Positions 30,119-38,151 of a DNA stretch of 64,000 nt are shown one piece after another; position 1 is the first letter of the stretch; the number at the start of each line of letters is the position of its first letter. The translations under genes and the position numbers were made by a program. The stretch lies in contig NZ_CBDIBT010000012.1 in NCBI RefSeq assembly GCF_965277065.1, positions 132 through 64,131 of the forward strand. Reading direction: 5' to 3'. Under the pieces are notes generated by a model, which searched no databases, was not told the origin of the DNA, and saw nothing but the letters and a program-made list of their open reading frames with translations. This DNA is from Mycobacterium sp. (GTDB lineage: Bacteria; Actinomycetota; Actinomycetes; Mycobacteriales; Mycobacteriaceae).

Positions 30119-32188
30119 ATGTCCCCTGCCCCGCGGGTGATCGCCAAATTCAGCCACGCTGCACGTATCAATACGCTTGCTTACAGCCCCGACGGGCGAC
30201 GGCTGGCCACCGCCAGCGACGATCACACCGTGCAGATCCGCGCGGTAGCCGACGGGTCGTTGGTGAGCACGCTGACCGCCAATCAACCGCTCCAACACGT
30301 TTCATTCGCGCCCAACGGCAGTCTTGTTGCCGCGACCGGTTACCGACCTCAAACTCACGTCTCTGAGCTGCCCTCCGGTAGCGTTTTTACGTTCGATCCC
30401 GCGACCGGTACCCAGTCGTGGAAAGTGGAGGGACACTTTGACACACGATGCACCTTCAGTGCTGACGGCACACGCGCTGTACTTTCCAACAGTGCCGCAG
30501 TGGAGTCACGCGACCCGCACACCGGCACCCAGCAGTGGGTGTTCGCCGTACCGGCCAACCAAACATTCACTGACGCCTCGTTGAGCGGGGATGCCGCCAC
30601 CGTCGCGGTCGCCACCCGCGGCAACACACAAGCGGCGGGCAATCAAATCCTGCTGCTCGAGGCCGCCTCAGGCGCGGTACGCCGAAACGTCGAACGGTCG
30701 GCCCCCGTGCGTGCGGTGTCGTTTTCCGGTGATCGTGGTTTGCTGGCGTTCGGCACCGACGACGAAATTGGCATCGTGGACCTAGCCACCAACGCGGTGC
30801 GCGTACTTCCGAATCCGACGGTGCCGCAGCACGGCAACCTCCGCGAAGTCTTATCGATACGGTTCAGTCCAGACGATACGTTGATCGGTGTAGTCAGCGT
30901 CACCATCAACGGAATCAACCCGACGATCGACGTGCTCAGAGCCGACACCTTCGCCCTGCTTAACGAATTACCCAACGGATTCTCAGGGGTGTTCGGGTTC
31001 AGCCCCGATTCCCGCTGGGCCCTCAGCGCAGAAAACACTACCGATGCCCGGGTTTGGGATGTGGCTACCGGGGTTGAGCAGTTCACACTGTTGCAGGACA
31101 CCGCCGATGGCATCGGGGCTGCGGTGTTTGGGCCCACCGGTGCGACGGCGGCGGTGGCCGCCGGTAATACCGCCACGGTGTTGCAGTTGCCGGTGCGGGA
31201 GCGGTTCAGGTTGCTCCACGATGGGCCGGTTCGTGCGGTGGCGTTTAGCCCCGATGGGTCCCAGGTGTTGACCGGTAGCCGCGATAGCACCGCGCGGGTG
31301 TTCGATGCGGCCGCGGGTAGCCAGCTGGTCACGTTCGCTCATGACGGCCCGGTCAACTCGGCGGTGTGGATTCCTGGTCAGCCGTCGGTGGCGACGGCCA
31401 GTGCTGATCACTTTGCGCGGATCTTCGATGTGGGCACCCCGGCGGTTGCGCGGGTGCGGGTGCCGCATGACGGGGCGGTCAACGTGGTGTGCGTCGACGC
31501 CGATGGGCAATCGTTGGCTAGTGGCGGGGATGACGGCATTGTGCATTTGACCGAGGTGGCCAGCGGCAACCTGCTGCACAGTTTCTCTCATGCTGGGCCG
31601 GTGCGGGCGGCGGTGTTCAGTCCTGATGGCACCCGGTTGGCTAGCGGCGGGGATGACGGCATTGTGTTGTTGACCGAGGTGGCCAGTGGCAACCTGCTGC
31701 GCAGCTTCTCTCATGGTCCTAACAACGCGGTGCGTGCGGTGGCGTTTAGTGCTGATGGCACGCGGCTGGCCACCGGCTGTGAGGGCGGGTCGGCGCGGGT
31801 GTTCGGCACCGATAGCGACACGCCGGTGTGGCGGGTCGACGGTCTTGGGCCGGTGCGTGCGGTGGCATTCAGCCCCGACGGTGCTCAGCTGGCGCTGGGC
31901 AGCGCCGACTCCACGGCCCTGATTGTGGCGAGCGATTCGGGGCATGAGCTGCACCGGTTGTTAGGTCACAACGGGGCGGTGGAGGCGTTAGCGTATCGGG
32001 CGGGCACGCTGCTGGTGACCGGTAGTGCCGATCACACTGCGCGGGTGTTCGACACCAGCACGGGTGCGCCGTTGGCCAGCTACGGCCACGACGGCGCCGT
32101 GCATGCCGTCAGTGTCGATCACGCGGGGTTGATGCTGGCCACCGCGAGCGAGGACAAAACGGCCCGCCTCTATGCACTACCCGAATGA
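30119..32188 (+). CDS. WD40-repeat protein, paralog 2 (intact, ~14 repeats, no other domain)
   Basis: 689 aa that is WD40-like from the first residues (..YSPDGRRLATASDDHTVQIRAV..). It contains an internal tandem duplication (LASGGDDGIVHLTEVASGNLLHSFSH / LASGGDDGIVLLTEVASGNLLRSFSH). Confidence 0.85.
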   Translation: MSPAPRVIAKFSHAARINTLAYSPDGRRLATASDDHTVQIRAVADGSLVSTLTANQPLQHVSFAPNGSLVAATGYRPQTHVSELPSGSVFTFDPATGTQSWKVEGHFDTRCTFSADGTRAVLSNSAAVESRDPHTGTQQWVFAVPANQTFTDASLSGDAATVAVATRGNTQAAGNQILLLEAASGAVRRNVERSAPVRAVSFSGDRGLLAFGTDDEIGIVDLATNAVRVLPNPTVPQHGNLREVLSIRFSPDDTLIGVVSVTINGINPTIDVLRADTFALLNELPNGFSGVFGFSPDSRWALSAENTTDARVWDVATGVEQFTLLQDTADGIGAAVFGPTGATAAVAAGNTATVLQLPVRERFRLLHDGPVRAVAFSPDGSQVLTGSRDSTARVFDAAAGSQLVTFAHDGPVNSAVWIPGQPSVATASADHFARIFDVGTPAVARVRVPHDGAVNVVCVDADGQSLASGGDDGIVHLTEVASGNLLHSFSHAGPVRAAVFSPDGTRLASGGDDGIVLLTEVASGNLLRSFSHGPNNAVRAVAFSADGTRLATGCEGGSARVFGTDSDTPVWRVDGLGPVRAVAFSPDGAQLALGSADSTALIVASDSGHELHRLLGHNGAVEALAYRAGTLLVTGSADHTARVFDTSTGAPLASYGHDGAVHAVSVDHAGLMLATASEDKTARLYALPE
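31042..31593 (+). repeat. near-identical ~550-nt block shared by the two WD40 genes (copy 2)
   Basis: Counterpart of 28791..29342. Confidence 0.85.
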
Positions 32189-33242
32189 CCCAGTAGCCAG
32201 CGTCTTCGGTTACGCACCAAGTCGACCGAGTCTTGGGCGGATGTGCTGCGCGATTGTCGCCGCCTCGGCAAGACTGCCCCGGTGCTGATCCGGAATGTTG
32301 CTTCGGGTTCTGGAAGGGTGGTCCAGGAGGTTTTCCAATCGCCCGCGAACGAGGCTGCTGATTCACAAAGAGGCCAACATCCTTGTCGCACTGCACAAGT
32401 CAATACGCCCGGCCGTGCTGAACAGATCTAGACCGCGGAGGACATCGGCGGTGCTCAAGCGCGGTCAAGGCGTTTAGGTCGACCTCGGCGCCAGACAAGA
32501 TAGTTCAGGACCTCTATGTGCTGTCGAAGTTTTATCGAGGGTCACGAAAGGCATTGATTCGCCCAGGGCACGGTATCGCCGCGGCCTACAACCTGATTGG
32601 CGCCGCACCCATCCCCGGGTCGCGCGGTCGACGTACCGCATTTGGGGATCGTCGTGGTCCGCGTCGGCGCCATCTTCCGCCAAGACGGACCGCTCCAACG
32701 GCCCGTCAACATCACCCGCTCGGAACCGACAGAAATACGCAACAACGAGGTCGCCCGAGACCGCTGAATCCACAGGTCGTGACAATGCCGCACACAAAGA
32801 TCTGCTGGATGCTGCCGCAGGATACCGGTGCGCCGACACCTAGAATTTAGTCGCCGGAACTGTTTGAAGCGCTGGTCGCGGATGCTAAACCGGAAGGGCC
32901 CGGTTAACGGGCTGCCGCCGCTTTGCCGAACTCCACGGGTGACGGCAGCATTATGGATACGAAAGTTCTGGCTGAATTTTTCTCTGCTGCATTGCAATTG
33001 GTGTAGTTTCACCTCAAGGTTTACCAGCAAGCCGGGGAGTGATGCGATAGCCACACTCATGCACATAGTTGTGACTTTCCGGCGGGGAGTCTTCACGACT
33101 GTTCTGCTCTTGGCCGTTATTGCAGTTAGTTCTCTATGGCGCCAATGTTTCGTCCGCTTCAACAGGCCGGCGGTACAGGGTAACCGCAGTCGGCGCCCAC
33201 CTCGACGTTGTATTGTGCAATTCTTCTCGAACGAGTGCGAAT

Positions 33243-34049
33243 ATGAATATCTCGAGATCCGCGTCTTCACCGAGTGTTGATCCTGACCCGAGTCTTGAAT
33301 CCGCCGCTCCGGTACAGGTCTGGGCGGCGCCGGAGGTGGCTTCGGGGCGGGGTGTGCTCGACGGCGCATTCGCTGTGCTGGACGCTCTTGCTCACGCCGA
33401 CAACGGGCTTGGCCTGACCGCGCTGGCGCGCGTGACCGGGCTAGCCAAAACGTCCGCTCATCGGCTCGCTGAACAACTCGTCGCACTCGGTGCGGTGCAG
33501 TGTGTTGAGTGCCGCTATTACGTTGGGCCGCGGATGTTGCGCATCGGGCAGCGCTGGCAACCCAATCCGCTACTAAGGCTTGCCGCGCAGGCGCCGGTAC
33601 ATGCCCTTGCCGTGCAATCCCGCGCCATCGCGTCGCTGAGGATTCTGCACGAACATCGGCTCCGGTTTATCTGCGCTGCCGGGCCCCATGGTCACGCGCA
33701 TCTTCCCGACCCCGCCGACGCAGAATCGGTTGCCCGCACCGCCACTGGACGTATCCTTTACGCGGTCCAGCGCGCCTGTGATGTCGCGCTTCCCAACTGC
33801 TGGACGCCACGTGAATGGCACAACCTAAAGACGTCCCTCAGCGATCCGGGCGCGACCGTCGCCGACCGCCAGGAAGCGGTTGCTGGCGTGTGTTGTGTCT
33901 CGGCGCCCGTGTGGTGGCCGAATGCGATCTGCGCCGGCGCAGTCACCGTCACGGTCCACACGAATGATCTACCGGTGGGACTGGCCGCCCTAGTGTCGCG
34001 CACCGCGGCTCGGATTGAGGCTTCACTTCAGCGGGCGAGGGCCGAATAA
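33243..34049 (+). CDS. IclR-family transcriptional regulator
   Basis: ATG at 33243. Winged HTH GVLDGAFAVLDALA..GLGLTALARVTGLAKTSAHRLAEQLVALG, followed by an IclR-type effector domain (~268 aa). The upstream part of ORF 33120.. is unlikely to be coding. Confidence 0.75.
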   Translation: MNISRSASSPSVDPDPSLESAAPVQVWAAPEVASGRGVLDGAFAVLDALAHADNGLGLTALARVTGLAKTSAHRLAEQLVALGAVQCVECRYYVGPRMLRIGQRWQPNPLLRLAAQAPVHALAVQSRAIASLRILHEHRLRFICAAGPHGHAHLPDPADAESVARTATGRILYAVQRACDVALPNCWTPREWHNLKTSLSDPGATVADRQEAVAGVCCVSAPVWWPNAICAGAVTVTVHTNDLPVGLAALVSRTAARIEASLQRARAE

Positions 34050-34214
34050 CAGGATAGGTGGTTGCCGGCGCCCAGCCGCGCTGCGCCTGGCGGAGGCTGT
34101 GCGTCGGTCCACTCATCGGACCCGCCAGTTGCCCACATCACAAAGTAGGTATCGGGTGACTAAGGGGCTGGTCTCGCTGTTCTTCGTGCGTTGTAGAGAC
34201 GACCATGATCGGAG

Positions 34215-34547
34215 ATGCGCATGCCTGCTGACGCGACGGGGGAACACGCGAATGCGCCGCCGCGTCAACCAGCCAGCCCGGTCATCAGTGCCGCCAGCGG
34301 GCAGATCTTGATCACCGGTACCGGATTGCTGCCGAACCAATCGGTCACCCTCCGCATCATCAGCGAAGACATTGTGGACTACCTCACTTATGTCAGCGAT
34401 GCCAACGGATGCCTGTGTGCACCGTTCCCCGAAGCCGCAATCAGCGGGACCAAGTACATCGCTGTCACTGACCACCGGACCGACTCCGCCGCTGACGACG
34501 GCCTGCTATGGAGTAACACCGTCGTCGTTATGGGTACCGGCGTCTGA
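34215..34547 (+). CDS. small beta-rich hypothetical protein
   Basis: 110-aa ORF (..GQILITGTGLLPNQSVTLRIISEDIVDYLTYVSDANGCLCAPF..YIAVTDHRTD..). No recognisable motif. It lies between the regulator and the tail-like cluster. Confidence 0.4.
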   Translation: MRMPADATGEHANAPPRQPASPVISAASGQILITGTGLLPNQSVTLRIISEDIVDYLTYVSDANGCLCAPFPEAAISGTKYIAVTDHRTDSAADDGLLWSNTVVVMGTGV

Positions 34548-34959
34548 AACCGCGGGCCGTTGTCAGCGACGTCGCGGGTAATGTGTCGGTCTCGAGCTTG
34601 CTGGCGCGCGAAACATCGAGCCTTTCACAACTTCGACCGAGCTGCATTGGCCGCGAAACATTTCGCCCTCGTCATGTGGCCGCCGATACGTCACATCGCG
34701 CAGCGGAACTCGGTCCGTTGCCGGCCGCGCTACACGCCGGCATACCTTGGCTGCTGAGTCCGTGCAACCGGCGGCTGAGCAGGGCCGCGTGACTGTCTGT
34801 CGTCATCACCCTTCCAGCGACGTCAACACTTCCAGGTGGTGAGCACCCGGAACAGATGTGTTGCATCCCTGGTCAGTCCCGGCGACAGCTAGTCGCTGGC
34901 ACGCGAGGCGCGACGCGCAGCGAGCATGCCGGCGGGACATGCCGGGCGTCGACGAGACC

Positions 34960-34976
34960 GGTCCACTCAGCGGACC
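34960..34976. repeat. 17-nt palindromic motif GGTCCACTCAGCGGACC (second copy at 40935..40951)
   Basis: 16 of 17 positions are identical to GGTCCGCTCAGCGGACC inside the hairpin at 40929..40957. It lies ~280 nt upstream of the first gene of the tail-like cluster. Confidence 0.5.
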
Positions 34977-35256
34977 GCACTGTTGCCCAAGCCAGTGTGT
35001 AGACGCCCAATGGTTTCACCAGTTAAAGGAAGGACATGCATGCCGGGGCAGTGGCGGACGAATAGCTCGACAGCATGCATCCGGTCTTCATGCTGGCGCC
35101 GACTTGGCTTCCGTCCGGTGCAGCGGAACGCGCCGATAAGCCCGGCCTGGACGGTCAACGCTAAACGGCTTCAGCGCTCAGTCCGGTGCTACATTGCGGC
35201 CAGAGACGTCGGGAAATTCTGTTACTTGCCCGAAGCGACCGTTTGCGACGCGGACG

Positions 35257-35991
35257 ATGTCTAGCATCAGCGACCAGCTGATGTTCCGTTATCTTGAACC
35301 GGTTCAGCTGAACCAGCTTCTCGTCCCTCCGTCGGACGCCAATCGGCAGCAGGTGAGAGCGCTGCTAGCTCAGGTCTACGACCCCGGTCTTTTGACCGTG
35401 AAGTCGGTCGACGGCGTCACCGTGATGTCCCAGAGTTTCCAGGTGCCGGCCGTCGACTCGGCCACAGTACGCGGGACGTGGGAGAAGGTCAGCCCTTCGC
35501 CCGAACGTGCGAACTACAGCTTCGGCTTGCCAATCCCCGCCCAAACCAGCTGGGTCGACATGGCTCTGGATACAACCGTCAACGTCCGAGTCGCCGCCAC
35601 ATCCCCCGTCCTGGCCGCCGTCAGCTCAAGCGATGTCGCGGGGTCTTCACCGCGGGACTTCGGCAAGAAGTTCCAGCTCCAGTACGCCGAACCGCCCGCC
35701 TTCAACGCCGACGACCCCGCCGTCAAACGGACTTACGCCCTGCGCGTCTCGGTACTGTTTTTCCCCACCCTCGACATCGAGAGCGCTCTGCGCCGCATGG
35801 TTCAGGGCCGCCAAGCCCTCGATGCGCTGCGTTCTCATCCCGACACTTACGAGGGAGGAGATGTTCTGTCCTCCAGTGCTTGGCTGGGTGTGTTTCCCAC
35901 CAGCTTGTTCGTACCTAACGGGATCTCCCAGGACCAGGTGTCGACCCTCTTCGCGGCCGACAGCTTCGCTGCAGCGTTCGTCACAATCTGA
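35257..35991 (+). CDS. hypothetical protein, first gene of the contractile-tail-like cluster
   Basis: ATG at 35257 (MSSISDQLMFRYLEP..), 244 aa. No motif recognised, and it does not obviously look like the DUF4255/Afp16 cap family. Assigned to the cluster by position only. Confidence 0.5.
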   Translation: MSSISDQLMFRYLEPVQLNQLLVPPSDANRQQVRALLAQVYDPGLLTVKSVDGVTVMSQSFQVPAVDSATVRGTWEKVSPSPERANYSFGLPIPAQTSWVDMALDTTVNVRVAATSPVLAAVSSSDVAGSSPRDFGKKFQLQYAEPPAFNADDPAVKRTYALRVSVLFFPTLDIESALRRMVQGRQALDALRSHPDTYEGGDVLSSSAWLGVFPTSLFVPNGISQDQVSTLFAADSFAAAFVTI

Positions 35992-36016
35992 ACCGATTTC
36001 AACCAGGAGGCTGACC

Positions 36017-36196
36017 ATGGCAGACAAAACTCCAGACAAAGCCGGAGAGCAGGGCGACGTCAGCCCGTCCGCGACAGCGTCCGCCGCAGACGATGCTGAA
36101 CCTGCTGTAGAGCTCTCCCCGCCGCCCCAACACGACCTGCTCGAGCTGGAACGGCTTCGGTCTCGCCTGGTCAGGAAATTCCACGGAAGGAAATGA
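36017..36196 (+). CDS. 59-aa small protein preceding the sheath gene
   Basis: AGGAGG at 36005..36010, then ATG at 36017. MADKTPDKAGEQGD..PQHDLLELERLRSRLVRKFHGRK, an acidic/Pro-rich N-terminus with a basic helical C-terminus. It ends 3 nt before the sheath start. Confidence 0.5.
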   Translation: MADKTPDKAGEQGDVSPSATASAADDAEPAVELSPPPQHDLLELERLRSRLVRKFHGRK

Positions 36197-36199
36197 CCG

Positions 36200-37510
36200 A
36201 TGCCTGTCAAGTACATCGATGTCACGGCAAAAAGCGACCTTTTTGTTCCGGCGACGAGAGCCTTCGGTGACATTGCCATCGTCGGGAAGGGCGTAGGCGC
36301 GTCGGGTGCGTCGGGGCCGCACGAGTTCACCGACCCGGCCTCACCCATCGCCGCCTACCTCACCCGCTCGGTCGCGGACGCAGTCATAAAAAGCGGTAGC
36401 ACCACGGTCACCTCCGCGGCGAACGGTTTCGCTACCTCAGACGTCGGCCGTGCGGTAACCGGTACGGGGATCCTGAGCGGCACGACCATCGTCAAGGTCA
36501 CCAACGCTGGGAGCGTCGAACTGAGCGCCGCGTCGACGGGCGCCGGGACAGGCGTCGCCTTAAGTGGCCTCCCGGGCGAGCACAGCGACCTCGGCGACGC
36601 GATCGCGATGGCGTTCCGACAGTCCCCACCGCCGACGAGGGTCTGGGGTGTTCAGGTGGACGCCACCACGCCCGATTGGGACACGGCATTGACCGCAGTC
36701 GCGAAGCTCGACGTCCAGATCGTGGCACTGGCCAACACACCGCTGAACAGCTCCACCGCGCAGACAGTGGACAAGCTCGCCACCCACGTCAGTACGGTGT
36801 CCAACACCGGAGGCGACGGCAAGGAGCGGATCGGCGTCGCGATGCTCGACTCGTCCTTGACCGCCTCCGCGCAGGCCGCCCTCAACACCGGCACCGTGGC
36901 GAACGAACGCATGTTCCTGATCGCCCACCGGTCCAGTGAGGACGTGGCCGCTGCGGCGGCGGGTGTGATCGCTGGTGTCCAACCGCACATCTCGGTGCTC
37001 CTCAAGCCGATCAACATCAACCAGGACCCTTCTCGCGGTTTCTCCGACAGCGAAATCGACACCCTCGACAGCGCTTTCATCAACTGGGTCACCAGTCCCG
37101 TCCTGATCCCCGGGAGCGGCGTCTATCTCGGAGAGGGATACACCGCCAACCCGGGTCAGGGGAACAAAAAATATATCGACGTCGTGCGCACCCTGGACGA
37201 CATCAACTTCCGCGTGAAGGCCGAGCTCATTCAGGCCATGGGCAACTTGCGCGTAAGCCGTTCCGGGTTGCGGGCCATCGAAACGCTGGTTGAAGCGGTC
37301 CTCTCGCCGCTGATGGCGCAGGCGGTGATAGAGGATTATTCCGTTTTCATCCGTCTGCTGGTCTTGCTTAGTAAGGACCCGGCCTCATTGAGCGCGGCCG
37401 AACTGCAAGAGATCCAGGACGCCCAGGCCTCCCGGAAAATTGATATGGCCATCAACGTCACTTATGCCGGCGCAATCCACCGGCTCCATATCGATCTGGT
37501 CTTCAAGTAG
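36200..37510 (+). CDS. contractile tail sheath protein
   Basis: 436 aa. The C-terminal half (..FINWVTSPVLIPGSGVYLGEGYT..KKYIDVVRTLDDINFRVKAEL..GLRAIETLVEAVLSPL..VTYAGAIHRLHIDLVFK) parallels the conserved sheath C-terminal domain. It is followed directly by a tube-sized gene. Confidence 0.75.
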   Translation: MPVKYIDVTAKSDLFVPATRAFGDIAIVGKGVGASGASGPHEFTDPASPIAAYLTRSVADAVIKSGSTTVTSAANGFATSDVGRAVTGTGILSGTTIVKVTNAGSVELSAASTGAGTGVALSGLPGEHSDLGDAIAMAFRQSPPPTRVWGVQVDATTPDWDTALTAVAKLDVQIVALANTPLNSSTAQTVDKLATHVSTVSNTGGDGKERIGVAMLDSSLTASAQAALNTGTVANERMFLIAHRSSEDVAAAAAGVIAGVQPHISVLLKPININQDPSRGFSDSEIDTLDSAFINWVTSPVLIPGSGVYLGEGYTANPGQGNKKYIDVVRTLDDINFRVKAELIQAMGNLRVSRSGLRAIETLVEAVLSPLMAQAVIEDYSVFIRLLVLLSKDPASLSAAELQEIQDAQASRKIDMAINVTYAGAIHRLHIDLVFK

Positions 37511-37527
37511 CAGGCACAGGAGAGCTC

Positions 37528-37938
37528 ATGCCATCAACCGCACCCGACACCCTCAAGTGGGATACCCGGCTCACAGTCATGGTCGGCACCACGGTGGTGA
37601 CGCCCATCGAAAATTTCAACCCCACCTTCACCACGCCCGTCCAGACCCTGCACTCGCTGGAGGCCGACAACGTCGCCCACATCGTTCAGCCCCAAACCTT
37701 CACCTTCACCATGCAGGTCAAGGCGATCGGCCCGGTGGTAGCGACCCTGACCGACATCGCCCTCAAACACACGTCTTTTAGTGTGGCAATATCCGAGGCC
37801 AGCGGCACCGACTGGACCTTCCAAAAAGTCGCATTCCGCGACTGCTACATCACCTCGGTGAACAACACCATCCAGCCTGACCAATCTCCCAACGCGAGCT
37901 TCAATTGCATCTGCCTTGACATGGAAACCACGGTCTGA
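37528..37938 (+). CDS. tail tube protein (candidate)
   Basis: 136 aa, beta-rich, immediately downstream of the sheath gene. Size and position fit an inner-tube subunit. I do not see a diagnostic motif. Confidence 0.55.
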   Translation: MPSTAPDTLKWDTRLTVMVGTTVVTPIENFNPTFTTPVQTLHSLEADNVAHIVQPQTFTFTMQVKAIGPVVATLTDIALKHTSFSVAISEASGTDWTFQKVAFRDCYITSVNNTIQPDQSPNASFNCICLDMETTV

Positions 37939-37942
37939 CGTC

Positions 37943-38125
37943 ATGGCCGAGGACGAGAACCAGGAGCCCACGCCTGGGTCGGAGGCGGTGCTCGTTACCG
38001 CTGAAGGCCGGGACGTGCATTACCACTTCCCCGTTCACGTGGTCGTTGTCGGAGAACACAGCGACGACGTCACAAGCGAAATCGAGGCAAGCATCATGTC
38101 CAGCCTGTATTCGGCCCTCACCTAA
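37943..38125 (+). CDS. 60-aa protein carrying the shared N-terminal-type module
   Basis: ATG at 37943. ..RDVHYHFPVHVVVVGEHSDDVTSEIEASIMSSLYSALT. This module recurs at the N-termini of the next two giant ORFs. Confidence 0.5.
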   Translation: MAEDENQEPTPGSEAVLVTAEGRDVHYHFPVHVVVVGEHSDDVTSEIEASIMSSLYSALT

Positions 38126-38151
38126 GACGACCGTGCAGCGGTGCGAGTCTG

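Noticed and set aside
32542-33486. 314-aa minus-strand ORF and other ORFs in the 32.2-33.2 kb spacer
   Set aside because: The composition is Arg-rich and low-complexity. It crosses an AT-richer non-coding stretch and overlaps the start region of the IclR gene. No motif was found, so it is treated as non-coding or decayed DNA.
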